A DNA stretch of 64,000 bases, from positions 1-64,000 of IMG/VR virus record IMGVR_UViG_3300020577_008610. One strand, written 5' to 3'. The notes beneath the pieces were generated by a model that did not search any database, had not been told where the DNA came from, and was given only the letters and a program-made list of their open reading frames with translations. Each line of letters begins with the position of its first letter. Positions within the stretch are counted from its first letter, which is position 1. Positions 8,071-17,861 of this stretch are shown one piece after another. The stretch is from a virus. Lineage: Duplodnaviria > Caudoviricetes. Made by a program: the position numbers and the translations under genes.

Positions 8071-10173
8071 TTACTTACGCCTAATTCCGGCCAATTCCAT
8101 CAAACGATTGCGCTCTGCTTCCACAAGCACAGCACCTTCGTACTGATTGACGTTCTCATTGAGTTTGGCCCCACTTGGAGTGCCAACCTTCGAGGACGAA
8201 CCAGCCTTGGTCTTTGCTTTCGAAATGTTTTCGAGCACCGTCTTCAACCGACCGTAGATGACCTTGACCTCATCAACCGTCGTCCCTCTGTCCAAGTGCT
8301 CCACAATTCGCTGCTTCTGTTCCTTGGTCAGATTCTTGTTATTCAGGAAAGGCTGCAGATGTACAACCTTTGCATTGAAAAGTTCTTCTTGGGCAAGTTT
8401 GGCCTTGAGAACCTTGTTCTCGTTCAAAGCCTTGCGAGTTGCAGGGCCGCGGCCACGCTTGATTGCCTCTGTCAACGGGAGTTTCTTTTCTTCTCTACCC
8501 CCAACAGACAAACCTTCTTCATCTTCGCCTTCGTCCTCAACCTCAATTCCACCAAGCGCAGAAAGATCGTCATCTTCTTCTTCATCATCGGAGATTTCGA
8601 TCTCATCTTCGTCACTCAGCTTGCTGAGTTCCGGTACAAGGTCAGCAAGGTCAAAATTGAAGTTTACAACAACGTCGTCTTCGCCCATCACAGACTGCCT
8701 TCCAGCCATTCCAGGTACAGGGAGGGCATCGCCCTCCATCGGCATCCCACATTCCTTCAGCTTCTCATGCAGAGCAACAATCTGCTTGCGCAGAGCCTCC
8801 GCCTTGATCTTTTTGGTCTGCTCGGCCAATCCCTTTTTCGACACAGCCACAACTTCCTTTTTCACGGCGTGACCGGTCGAAGACTGGTCAACCTCTTCCT
8901 CAGACCCAGTGTCCTTCGAGTGCTCAATGTTTTCAGAAACGCCCTGGACATGCGAAGCTGAGTTGGTAGGACCACCAGCAGGAGTCTTGGTTGGATCCAC
9001 TTCGCCAACCTTCTTGTTGGGAATGCTCGATGCAGCCCCAGCAAGATTTTGCTTTCCTGGTTCCGCAACAAGAGAACTTCCAGAATCCTCAGACACAAGG
9101 GCCTTCAGCTCCTCTTCAAGAGCCTTGAGGGCCGCCACCTCTGTCTTCAGAGTCACGGTAGGTTCCGTAGTCTTCATCGCATGAGTGCCAGCCTTGTCAG
9201 CAGCAGCCTCTTCAGCATTGTCCACCTTCATAGACTTTTCAGTCTTGTGGACATCAGCTGGAGAGGTAACCGGACCACCGGGGATGGTCTCGCTCTCTGC
9301 GAGAATCTTTGCTGCCATTTCCTTGAGTGACTTGCTTGCCATTGCGTCCGTACCTTCTGTTCTCAAATAAGTATTCGTTACAACTGCTTCTTTCAGTTTG
9401 CAGTGCAAAATCTCCAGTCTGTTCTCCAAAATCTTCTGTAGACGCTCAGAAACCAGTTTCTTGGCGCTGAGATTTCCCAGGGTTTCGAGAAGTTGGAACA
9501 GTTTGTCCTGAAGAGCTTCCTTCACCAGTGAGGGAACTCCAGATTTCGAAGAGTAGGCTTGATGAACCTTCTTTGCTGTCCTATCGAGAGACTCCGCAAA
9601 GAGAGCGTAGGTCTCCTCCATGGCAGACTCAGGCTCCAGAGCGGCTTCAGGGTCAGCAGGAAGCGGTTCAGCAGCAGAGCCAGATGGACTTACATCCACA
9701 GGAGTTGGAGAAGGTATGCCGCCTGGAACTTCCGGAGAAGCTTCAGCAGAACCGGAACCTTCGTCCCCGGATTCCTCTTCTCCGGGTTTGGCAGGAACAA
9801 ACAGGTCGTCAAAATCAACAACCAACTTACCGTCCGCCCCAGGCATTGGCATATTCAAAGCATCAGCTCCGGCCACCTTTATGGGTGCATCCATAGGGCC
9901 ACCAACCACAGTAGCATTATCAGAAACTGGAGTGCCTGGAGCAACAATGCCACCGGCTGTGGTACCAGCATCTACTGAACCAGTAGTGTCAGCAGGACCA
10001 GCCAAGGTCTTGTCTTCCTCTTCGAAAAGAGGATTTGACTTTCCAGCCAGCTCCGACACAATCAGCTTACGAATGTGTGGTGTGATGTCCTCAATGATAG
10101 CGTTCTTGGCATCTTGCTCTGCTATCTGCTTGAGCTTCTTCGCTTCTACGAGTGCTTCATCGTACAGTGACAT
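8071..10173 (-). CDS. Prohead core/scaffolding protein
   Basis: Acidic, coiled-coil and low-complexity 700-aa ORF between protease and capsid. Many L/I-x-E sites. C-terminal RLMELAGI. Confidence 0.75.
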   Translation of the reverse strand: MSLYDEALVEAKKLKQIAEQDAKNAIIEDITPHIRKLIVSELAGKSNPLFEEEDKTLAGPADTTGSVDAGTTAGGIVAPGTPVSDNATVVGGPMDAPIKVAGADALNMPMPGADGKLVVDFDDLFVPAKPGEEESGDEGSGSAEASPEVPGGIPSPTPVDVSPSGSAAEPLPADPEAALEPESAMEETYALFAESLDRTAKKVHQAYSSKSGVPSLVKEALQDKLFQLLETLGNLSAKKLVSERLQKILENRLEILHCKLKEAVVTNTYLRTEGTDAMASKSLKEMAAKILAESETIPGGPVTSPADVHKTEKSMKVDNAEEAAADKAGTHAMKTTEPTVTLKTEVAALKALEEELKALVSEDSGSSLVAEPGKQNLAGAASSIPNKKVGEVDPTKTPAGGPTNSASHVQGVSENIEHSKDTGSEEEVDQSSTGHAVKKEVVAVSKKGLAEQTKKIKAEALRKQIVALHEKLKECGMPMEGDALPVPGMAGRQSVMGEDDVVVNFNFDLADLVPELSKLSDEDEIEISDDEEEDDDLSALGGIEVEDEGEDEEGLSVGGREEKKLPLTEAIKRGRGPATRKALNENKVLKAKLAQEELFNAKVVHLQPFLNNKNLTKEQKQRIVEHLDRGTTVDEVKVIYGRLKTVLENISKAKTKAGSSSKVGTPSGAKLNENVNQYEGAVLVEAERNRLMELAGIRRK

Positions 10174-10203
10174 CTCTGTTACCTCTCAGCCCAATGGGCA
10201 GAA

Positions 10204-10701
10204 TTATCGTGGCGTGCTATTGCCAAAAATCAGATTCCCAATCGTCTGGCGAGCAATGTTGACCGAAGTGTTCGAAGGAGAAGCCAAGCCATCTCCAACG
10301 CCAGCACCACCGCCACCCTTCTTGATGAGGGCTGGGTCGATAGTTGGAATGTTCCGAGGGTTCAGCCCTGGCCCAGGAGAAGCTGGAGTTGGGGAGTAAG
10401 GAGTTCCAGGGAGACCTCCACCGCCGACGACTACAGTGCTCAGGTCAGGAGCATCTTGGTAGTTGATGTTGACCGTACCAAAAGTGTGACCTCCATCATT
10501 TGCAACTGGGGCCTGAACGATAGCCTGATAGGCTGTAACAACCTCATTGTCCCCGTAGGTCCCATCATAAGCAGGGGAGCCAGGATACATTGCCCTCATA
10601 GCAGCATAGTCAGCACTGCCAGGAGAAAAAAGTCCAAGACCAGTAGTCGCAGTTCCGCCCTTGGCGTGTGGCTCAGTAAGAAGTTGACGGTGTGAAGGCA
10701 T
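10204..10701 (-). CDS. Gly/Pro-rich hypothetical virion protein
   Basis: 165-aa ORF with AAGGA SD and ATAATTA motif, inside the head module. Confidence 0.55.
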   Translation of the reverse strand: MPSHRQLLTEPHAKGGTATTGLGLFSPGSADYAAMRAMYPGSPAYDGTYGDNEVVTAYQAIVQAPVANDGGHTFGTVNINYQDAPDLSTVVVGGGGLPGTPYSPTPASPGPGLNPRNIPTIDPALIKKGGGGAGVGDGLASPSNTSVNIARQTIGNLIFGNSTPR

Positions 10702-10724
10702 TTGATATTATCCTTTGTCCCTAA

Positions 10725-11183
10725 TTATCGGCCGATTCCAATTTTGCCTTTTCCACCAAAGGCAAGCATGGCCCACCGATCCTTGGCAGCAAAGGCACCA
10801 AGCTGGGCTTGGTCGAATGCTTTATCTTCAGGAAGAACTGTTCCCCCCATAATCTCTCCGCCTCCGGTTATCTGAACCGAGAGTTGCTTCTGGAGAGTGG
10901 TCCTTGCGGTGTCAGCAATAATCCCCTCGAATAAAGCAGCCTTGCTAGGATCTCCCTTGGAGACAAACTGGGTGGTAACCCGAACAGCCTCGCTCAGGCG
11001 AGTATTTGGAGTAACACCAAGACGGGCGATTTCACCTTGTGGGCTTGGCATCCGAACTTCTTGCTCTCCAACACCAGGAGCCATCGTTGGAGTTCCGGTG
11101 CCTTGGAAAATTTTGCCTTCCTGTACCAGTTCCAGAATACACTCCTTCAGCATTGCTTTGAATTCGTCTCTTTTGAGCTTCAT
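10725..11183 (-). CDS. Hypothetical head-module protein
   Basis: Likely start MKLKRDEFKAMLKECILELVQE just after the protease stop. Confidence 0.6.
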   Translation of the reverse strand: MKLKRDEFKAMLKECILELVQEGKIFQGTGTPTMAPGVGEQEVRMPSPQGEIARLGVTPNTRLSEAVRVTTQFVSKGDPSKAALFEGIIADTARTTLQKQLSVQITGGGEIMGGTVLPEDKAFDQAQLGAFAAKDRWAMLAFGGKGKIGIGR

Positions 11184-11187
11184 AACC

Positions 11188-11808
11188 TTACTTGCCCCTC
11201 TTGAGTGCCAGAATTTCATTGGCAACTCGATCAACCCTATCTGATTTGGTAAATAGGGCCCTCAACTCAGCATCGGTGTAAGACTTTGCTTCTTGCATCA
11301 TGAAAGCCCCGTGAGTAGAGGGTTCCGACACAATGTCCCAGCAAACCAAATAAAGATCATCCTGGACCACATTAGCTTCTCCGAGCTTTTGGACAGAACC
11401 AAGAGCACGAGAAGAAATTCCAACCTTGATGTCATTTTTGAACAAAGTCTTGAGGTTCTTGCCTTGGTCCATGTCCTCCAGGACTTCGATCTCGCCCCAC
11501 AGGTCATTGCCTTCCCACCATATTTCAGTAATAACGTGGGAAACATTTTTGAGGTTCACAACAGGAGAGTCAGCATGATCCAGTTCGCCGGTTGCACGAC
11601 GCTCCTTGACCCTAGTCATATAGTTGTTGACTTCTTGCTCCAGGATGCGACGAGGATATACCCGGCCGTTCTGATTCAGGGCATCGGCTCTCTGAATCAC
11701 TCCACAAACCAAAAGGTTGTTGTACTTAGACAAACGTGGTTTACCATCATTGTCTGTGGGCTTAACGTACTTGAATTCGGCGTATTCTTGGAGTAGCAGC
11801 TTACTCAT
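11188..11808 (-). CDS. Prohead core protease (T4 gp21-like)
   Basis: GVIQRAD..NQNGRVYP, GELDH, VSHVI, GISSRALGSV and WDIVSEPST motifs. Confidence 0.92.
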   Translation of the reverse strand: MSKLLLQEYAEFKYVKPTDNDGKPRLSKYNNLLVCGVIQRADALNQNGRVYPRRILEQEVNNYMTRVKERRATGELDHADSPVVNLKNVSHVITEIWWEGNDLWGEIEVLEDMDQGKNLKTLFKNDIKVGISSRALGSVQKLGEANVVQDDLYLVCWDIVSEPSTHGAFMMQEAKSYTDAELRALFTKSDRVDRVANEILALKRGK

Positions 11809-12709
11809 TGTTATTCAGCTCCTCTTCGAGCTTCGAAACGGTCATATAGAAAGTCACCAGCTTGTCATCGGGATTGCTCGTATCGCGGTAATCTTCCTGA
11901 AGCATCTCTTGGATCTCCTTGAGTTTATTGCCAACCTTCTTTGCCTGCTCATCCCGAGAAAGAGCATTCTCGATGCTGGAAGAGGCTCTTTTGCGAAGTC
12001 CTTCCAACTTCTCTACGAGAGCTACCTTCGACTCCGGACTGTCCTTTGAAAACACATAGAGTTGAAGCAGCTTCTTCTGTTCGATGTTGAGAGAAGAACT
12101 GAACTTCTTGTTCAACTTCTCCGTCATCAGGTTTACCACCAGGCCGTCCACCTCAGTCTCAGACATCTGAAGAATGGCCTCCTTTTCTATCGAAGGAGAG
12201 GCCCGGGTAAGGTGCTGGATGAACCTATCTTCCAACTGAGCGGCTTCACTCAAATTTTCGGTAAGAATACTACCTCTCCAGTGGTTCAGAAGAACCTGGA
12301 TCGTGGCGTAATCTCGATACCCTGCAACTTCTTGGTCAAAAAACTTCGGCTCACCAAGTTGTTGATTGATCTCATGAAGGAGAGCAGTCTTCTCCAGGTC
12401 AATCCTAGCCTGAGACTGAAGCTTGCAAACCTGCTTGGCCTGCTCGATCAAAGAGGCCGCGGCCTCCCGAGACTGAAGTCTGGTCTCATACAAAGATGAA
12501 AAAAGACGGAGTTCCCGGTGAAGGTCCGTTCCCTTTTGGAAATGCTTCGAGAACAACTCCTTGGCTTTCTTGAGGTCAGAATCCCTCCGTTCGATAATGG
12601 CACGGGCCATATACCGAGCAAAGAACTCGTTGATGAGACCGACATTTCGTTTCTTGTTATGCTTCAACATCTCAGGAGATTCCTTTGGGAGCCAGGCTGG
12701 CGCTCCCAC
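11801..12709 (-). CDS. Conserved hypothetical protein between portal and protease
   Basis: 302-aa helical ORF (KHNKKRNVGLI) with CTAATTA motif upstream. Confidence 0.6.
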   Translation of the reverse strand: MGAPAWLPKESPEMLKHNKKRNVGLINEFFARYMARAIIERRDSDLKKAKELFSKHFQKGTDLHRELRLFSSLYETRLQSREAAASLIEQAKQVCKLQSQARIDLEKTALLHEINQQLGEPKFFDQEVAGYRDYATIQVLLNHWRGSILTENLSEAAQLEDRFIQHLTRASPSIEKEAILQMSETEVDGLVVNLMTEKLNKKFSSSLNIEQKKLLQLYVFSKDSPESKVALVEKLEGLRKRASSSIENALSRDEQAKKVGNKLKEIQEMLQEDYRDTSNPDDKLVTFYMTVSKLEEELNNNE

Positions 12710-12761
12710 ACCCTCGTGTCCTGGATAATTAGTTCCCTGGATTTCAGAAAATGATGGAACT

Positions 12762-14942
12762 CTAGTTCTTTGATTCCGAGTCTTCGGGGTTCTTCAGGTC
12801 AAGACCGAGTTCTGCTAGCTCTTTGAGGTTTGGTAAATTGTCACCTTCTTCTGAAGGCAATTCTTCCAAAATAATCTCATCCAACTCATCTCCAGGGTCA
12901 ATATCCTCCACAACCACGTCCTGGAGGGCCTCATCCATGTCAGCGGCTGACACCTCCTCAATGGACTTGCCAACAATCGGGTGCTCCTCTTCGGTGAGAA
13001 TGTGAATATCAACAGGCAACTCATTCTTCTTGGCCCTTACAGACCAATCGAATCTCTCCAGCACGGATCTCATTTCCTTAGAGAGATAGGCATCCTTGGT
13101 AATGCCAATCCGAAGATCCCTCTTTATAGCTTCTTGAAGAGGATTTTTCAGGAATTCGGTGTCGTAGATGTCACGAAGAGAAGTGTTCTTAGAGGGATGC
13201 AGCATTTTCTTGAAATCTGGCTGGGCAGCCTGCATCTCCAGGTCGGAACGCCTTCTGGCTTGGTTTCGTTTGTCCATTCGGACTTGTGGGTTGTCCTTGA
13301 TTGGCGTTTCTCTGGAGGAAACAGGAAATTTCAAAGAATCGCTAGGTATAACCGAAGGAGGTATGAAAACTCCGTTGGCATCCAGATTGGCTATTTCTGG
13401 GGGAAGAGAGTTATCTTGGGTAGGCATTCCACCTGGGGGGTCATAAGTAGAGCCATCAAAGGGATCTACTGAGTTTTGACCGGTTGTATCTGGCTCTGTA
13501 ATTGCGTCCAGTTCAGCAGCGAACCTCTTGTCAGCCTTCAGCTTGTCTCGCAGGCCCTTGATTTCATCCTTAGTAAAACCTAGGATCTCTCTGTAAAGCC
13601 AATCCATTGGAAGAAACCGAGTCTCGATTTGGTCTACGGCAGCAATGATGTCGATCTTTGTCTTCCACAAGTCCAATTTCTGCTGAAGAGCTATTGTGGA
13701 CGGATTGGAGAGGCGAAGTTCGAAATCAATCAGGTCTTCGCCGTCAAACCCCTTAGCATACAGGTGAAGGATGGCTAGTTTATTCAACTCCGAAATGACA
13801 ATCTTCTGGATGATTTGAATCGTCCTGGAGAACCGAATGTCTTCTTGAGCAAGAGTGGCTTTGCTGCTCAACATTTCGTCATAGCCCAAGTATGCCTTTG
13901 GCACTCCGAGGGCAGCAAAAAGTTGAGACTGAATGATTTCAATGTCTTCGGTTGCGGTTTGGTGGGTTCCACCTTGGAGTGTGTCGATTTTGGTGCCAGA
14001 ATTGGCTCCACGAACAGGAACAACGTAGTCCTCCAGAACGTCTGTTGGGTTGAACCTTTCATCCAGACGGCCTGTCTCCTTATCAACAGCCATGGTCCCA
14101 CGAATTGTGGACATAACGGTCTGCATGAAATTTGGAATATCGTTTGGGGCCACAGTTCCAACATCTACATAGAAAACCCTACGCTCCGGAGATCTAACTA
14201 ATCGGTAGACCAACATAGCGTCCAGCATCATCACGTACTGTCTCCAGATGCGCCTTGCAGCTTCAAGAATAGACGTGCCATAGGGAGCGAACTGATCGTT
14301 GCCTTGGATCCTGAAGTGAGTAACTTGCCAGTTCTCTAGCATCTTCTGGCCCAGTTTGTGCCACCGAAACCGAACAGCGTAGGGGTCAGCAGCATCGAAA
14401 CCTTCGTCCCTCTCCACTTCATTCACGTTCATGGCCATAACATTGACCACTCCAACACCCGGGGCCACTTCGTTGTAAAGAAACAAGTCTCCGTATTTCA
14501 GGAGATTCCTGATCCACACTCGGAGATTGAAATCAACATTCAGGATATCGTAGAATAGCTCTTCCAGAGCTTCCTTGATTTGCTGGTTGTCGGAGTAGAT
14601 GTGAAAGTTTTTGCCATTCTCATCTCCCGAACAAGCTTCGTCGGCTTGAACATCCAGAGCCTTAGAGATGATGGGAGTGTACTCCATCTCAGCAAATTCC
14701 ATATACCTGGTCATTCTGGACATAATGTCCGAACCACCCAGCATGGAAAAAGGCGAGTTGTGAGAGGTCCCACGACGAAACGGAATCAGTCCATTTCCAC
14801 TCCCAGGCTTTGCAGCTAAGATAGCCTGTTTGTCGTAGTATCCAGAGTCATCATAGCCACGGACCTTTCTTCGAATAGAAGGCCCTGACCGAAAAAGTCG
14901 GGTTAGACGAGCAAAAAATGATTCATCACGAGGTGGTGCCAT
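12762..14942 (-). CDS. Portal protein (T4 gp20-like) with long acidic C-terminal tail
   Basis: PYGTSILEAARR, DAMLVYRLVRSPERRVFYVDVG, EDYVVPVRG, LFAALGVPK and LAQEDIRF. Confidence 0.93.
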   Translation of the reverse strand: MAPPRDESFFARLTRLFRSGPSIRRKVRGYDDSGYYDKQAILAAKPGSGNGLIPFRRGTSHNSPFSMLGGSDIMSRMTRYMEFAEMEYTPIISKALDVQADEACSGDENGKNFHIYSDNQQIKEALEELFYDILNVDFNLRVWIRNLLKYGDLFLYNEVAPGVGVVNVMAMNVNEVERDEGFDAADPYAVRFRWHKLGQKMLENWQVTHFRIQGNDQFAPYGTSILEAARRIWRQYVMMLDAMLVYRLVRSPERRVFYVDVGTVAPNDIPNFMQTVMSTIRGTMAVDKETGRLDERFNPTDVLEDYVVPVRGANSGTKIDTLQGGTHQTATEDIEIIQSQLFAALGVPKAYLGYDEMLSSKATLAQEDIRFSRTIQIIQKIVISELNKLAILHLYAKGFDGEDLIDFELRLSNPSTIALQQKLDLWKTKIDIIAAVDQIETRFLPMDWLYREILGFTKDEIKGLRDKLKADKRFAAELDAITEPDTTGQNSVDPFDGSTYDPPGGMPTQDNSLPPEIANLDANGVFIPPSVIPSDSLKFPVSSRETPIKDNPQVRMDKRNQARRRSDLEMQAAQPDFKKMLHPSKNTSLRDIYDTEFLKNPLQEAIKRDLRIGITKDAYLSKEMRSVLERFDWSVRAKKNELPVDIHILTEEEHPIVGKSIEEVSAADMDEALQDVVVEDIDPGDELDEIILEELPSEEGDNLPNLKELAELGLDLKNPEDSESKN

Positions 14943-15020
14943 TGAAGCTTATCCTGTATCCCCAGTTTGCTAGATGTCTGGAACCCGGCAATTCCATCCT
15001 AAGTTCCCCAAGGACCACCT

Positions 15021-15028
15021 CTAATTAG
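15021..15028. promoter_or_regulatory. Palindromic late-promoter motif CTAATTAG between divergent genes
   Basis: Matches the window-wide [CA]TA[ACT]TTA upstream motif on both strands, between portal (-) and 15046 (+). Confidence 0.55.
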
Positions 15029-15045
15029 GGATAAAAGCACCTGAC

Positions 15046-15420
15046 ATGACGATACCGACCTTTTTGCTCAAACGAATTGATGAAGTGATCGGTTATGTGG
15101 GGAGTTCCACATCCGATTATCTCATTGTAAAACGACAACTGATTAACAATTTTCCCACTCCCTCCCGCTCCCTCTTCTCTGCTCGGCACCACAGCACCAA
15201 AAAGCACATCCTTAATGATTTTGACGAAGCAGTCATAGCATATTGGGAGGAAAGAACAGGTGTGAGGCTACAGATGGATCCAGGGAAGCTTCACAATCCA
15301 GACTGGGAACATAAGAAAAAGGGTTGGGCGCTTACGCTACTTAACGAGGAAAGACAAAAACGTCGCAATGAGCAAGAACGAAAACATCAGCACAAACAGC
15401 CTCCTTCAAGAATTCATTGA
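15046..15420 (+). CDS. Hypothetical protein
   Basis: 124-aa ORF after the late motif. Confidence 0.5.
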   Translation: MTIPTFLLKRIDEVIGYVGSSTSDYLIVKRQLINNFPTPSRSLFSARHHSTKKHILNDFDEAVIAYWEERTGVRLQMDPGKLHNPDWEHKKKGWALTLLNEERQKRRNEQERKHQHKQPPSRIH

Positions 15421-16354
15421 GGCCATCCTGGAAGCTGAAGGCGGTAACGATCTTTACAACACGTTTATTCAACCCTTTGTAGATGTTGGTATCACAGCAG
15501 CCTACGGATTGGAAAAATTGTCAGCTCAGGTTCTAACAGTCGTCAAAGGGTTTTTTCTCGGCTTACCCACTCTCTTTGTTCCTTTCCTTGAATATGACTA
15601 CGAAGCATTCAGGGAAGAGGAGGCGGAAAAAGTTGAGAATGTCAAGAAAAAGTACGAAAAGACGCTCCAAGCCAACCTGGATGCAATTGTCTCAAACGAT
15701 GCCTTTGGCCTTGCCTTCCTCCTGGCCCCTGCAACGGTCATGGGAGCCCAGCTTGCCGTGAAAGCTCCGATGACTGCCCTCAAGGTCTTCGACGTTCTAA
15801 CGGGCGGCCTGGGGCTCTTTAAGGGCATCCAGCAGACCATTGGTGGTGCCGCGAGTGTTGGGTTCCATGATCCCGGAGGACACCAGAGCGGTGCATGGGC
15901 AAATATGGGTCCAGGCGATACCGCCGTGTACGAGGCAAAGCAACAACCTGACCAGAAGGCATTGTCTCAGGAACTCCAGAAGGCCCTGAAGGACAAGAAG
16001 GTCTTGTCTGCTCTACAGAAGAGTCCTATCGCCAGACAGATGAGGCAGGATGCTGTGGCCATCATCATTGGCCATATCCAGAGGTTCATGGATCTCCAGG
16101 ACTACAACCAGATGCGGCAGATCGCCAAAAACGATGCCGGCTTTGCTCAGATTGGTCAGGAGCTCGCCAAGCTCAACCAATCAGGTCAGGTGCCTACACA
16201 AGATAACCCAACTGTCACCCAAGCCATGGTGCCCGAGCTCAAGAAAGCGTACAAAAGCTTCTGGGTCAAACAGCTACAACAACTCATCCAAAACTACCCA
16301 GAAGCTAACACCGAACTGAACCAAGGAATTAAGCAAATACAATCTCTCCAATAA
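15368..16354 (+). CDS. Hypothetical protein, likely head-packaged
   Basis: CTACTTA at 15337-15343. N-terminus LLQEFIEAILE. Central hydrophobic Gly/Ala stretch. Confidence 0.65.
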   Translation: MSKNENISTNSLLQEFIEAILEAEGGNDLYNTFIQPFVDVGITAAYGLEKLSAQVLTVVKGFFLGLPTLFVPFLEYDYEAFREEEAEKVENVKKKYEKTLQANLDAIVSNDAFGLAFLLAPATVMGAQLAVKAPMTALKVFDVLTGGLGLFKGIQQTIGGAASVGFHDPGGHQSGAWANMGPGDTAVYEAKQQPDQKALSQELQKALKDKKVLSALQKSPIARQMRQDAVAIIIGHIQRFMDLQDYNQMRQIAKNDAGFAQIGQELAKLNQSGQVPTQDNPTVTQAMVPELKKAYKSFWVKQLQQLIQNYPEANTELNQGIKQIQSLQ

Positions 16355-16367
16355 CCCCCCTCTCTTC

Positions 16368-16390
16368 CCCTCCTCTTGGTTATCCTCCAC
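16368..16390 (+). repeat. 23-bp dispersed repeat CCCTCCTCTTGGTTATCYTCCAC
   Basis: Identical to the reverse complement of 38068..38090 and 22/23 identical to 1732..1754. Confidence 0.85.
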
Positions 16391-16503
16391 ACTTTCTTCT
16401 GGCGACTCCCCAGGCCACTTTTCTTCTTTTCCATTCTAAAAAATGGTCACTATACATCATTCATGAAAAATCTACATTATCCTAGCCGAAAGCAGGTTGT
16501 ACT

Positions 16504-16791
16504 GTGGGAAGAAAACAAACAACAGAAGAAGGCGCTGGCGTCGATAGGATGCCCTCCAGCGTCACAGAACTTGAGCCGGTGATCCGGGAGTTTGTGGACA
16601 AGCTGAGGACCATCAAGAACGAGCAGGAGACTCTCAAGCAAGACGAGAAGGATTTAATTGAGGAGTACAGCGAGAAGCTGGATATGAAGACCCTGAAGGC
16701 TGCCATGAGGGTGGTAGCCGTTCGAGAGAAGGTTGACCGCAAGGACGCCTTCGACACTCTCGTGGAAGTCCTTACTCGGCTTGAGGTTTAG
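16504..16791 (+). CDS. GapR/DUF2312- or T4 DsbA-like DNA-binding protein
   Basis: IREFVDKLRTIKNEQETLKQDEKDLIEEY...LDMKTLKAAMRV resembles the GapR/DsbA helical pattern. Confidence 0.55.
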   Translation: MGRKQTTEEGAGVDRMPSSVTELEPVIREFVDKLRTIKNEQETLKQDEKDLIEEYSEKLDMKTLKAAMRVVAVREKVDRKDAFDTLVEVLTRLEV

Positions 16792-16794
16792 GAG

Positions 16795-16949
16795 TATGAA
16801 TTCCTATCAGATCTATCAGATGGAATAGCGCATAAGGGCACGAATCTGCAAGCTTTTTGTAAAAATGGACTCTGGAGAAAGCGAACATGACAGCGGTTAT
16901 TCAAGGGCACAAAAAATCCCACAACGGGCGGAAAAGGATTGGGGAATAA
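16795..16949 (+). pseudogene. Remnant of a homing endonuclease C-terminal DNA-binding domain
   Basis: YEFLSDLSDGIAHKGTNLQAFCK, then a frameshift to LEKANMTAVIQGHKKSHNGRKR*. Resembles the C-terminus of 56911..57324. Ends in a TAATG overlap with the next gene. Confidence 0.6.
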
Positions 16950-17251
16950 TGAACCAAATGGTTGTCAATCGGGTATTCTACCCGAATGTTGGCTCTGTTC
17001 ACCCAATGGACATTCCAAGTTATGTGGAGGCTGCTAAGACAGCCTTGCAGACCAGCGATGACGGCAGCCAATTTGTTGCTGTCATGCGGAAGGAAGGTCG
17101 ATGGGAAGATCTCTTCATCCCCGTTCGCTCGGGGGAGTCAAGAGTTGAATTCCATCTTCTGGACCTGGAAATGGCCCAGATTGCCACACATGTGGTTTTG
17201 ATGGATCGAGAGGAGTGGTTCAAGACCCTCCAGGAAAGATTGGGTAAGTAA
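16949..17251 (+). CDS. Hypothetical protein
   Basis: Likely start MNQMVVNRVFY at the TAATG overlap. Confidence 0.55.
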   Translation: MNQMVVNRVFYPNVGSVHPMDIPSYVEAAKTALQTSDDGSQFVAVMRKEGRWEDLFIPVRSGESRVEFHLLDLEMAQIATHVVLMDREEWFKTLQERLGK

Positions 17252-17253
17252 CA

Positions 17254-17646
17254 GTGACCTCATCACACGAGAAGTACGAACTCCCAGAAATCCTCTATGA
17301 TGAGCCCGAGCCGGGACATCAACCTAACCCTTTTCCTTTTATCAATGTGAAGCAAAAAGGCAAAATGCCTCCTGTGCTCTTTATTGAGGAGAGGAAGAGT
17401 ACAGGGGAAACGGAGCCAGGACCAGATGGTCGCCCACAGGAAATTGTTGACTGCCTCATACACAAGTATGTGGACATGGAAATTTTGAAAGAGAAGCTTC
17501 CACCTCACATGAACGACATTGTTCGTGTGGCCCTTGGAATGAAGCCTTTGAAGGAGGCGCAAAATTCCGGTCAAGCTATCTTGGACAAAGCACGGTCAAA
17601 CGTGGAGAAGATAGTGGAAGCAAAGAAAACAAAGAAGGACAAGTAA
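17254..17646 (+). CDS. Hypothetical protein
   Basis: 130-aa ORF tightly packed in the + operon. Confidence 0.6.
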   Translation: MTSSHEKYELPEILYDEPEPGHQPNPFPFINVKQKGKMPPVLFIEERKSTGETEPGPDGRPQEIVDCLIHKYVDMEILKEKLPPHMNDIVRVALGMKPLKEAQNSGQAILDKARSNVEKIVEAKKTKKDK

Positions 17647-17651
17647 CTCCC

Positions 17652-17855
17652 ATGCGTCTACACGTTTCAGTTGTCAACAAACTGCTTGAATTAGTTCAAA
17701 ATTATGGTGGCCATGAACACGATCACAAACTTCGAGTAAAGCTGACCGAGTTGGACCTGACTCCATACGAGAGACAGTCTACAGTCAGCCAAGAAGTGAT
17801 TCTGGTGCTCACCGAGGATTACGTAAAACAGCTCTCTGGAAATGCCGGGAGATAA
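17652..17855 (+). CDS. Hypothetical protein
   Basis: 67-aa ORF with AAGGA SD in the operon. Confidence 0.5.
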   Translation: MRLHVSVVNKLLELVQNYGGHEHDHKLRVKLTELDLTPYERQSTVSQEVILVLTEDYVKQLSGNAGR

Positions 17856-17861
17856 TGTCAA

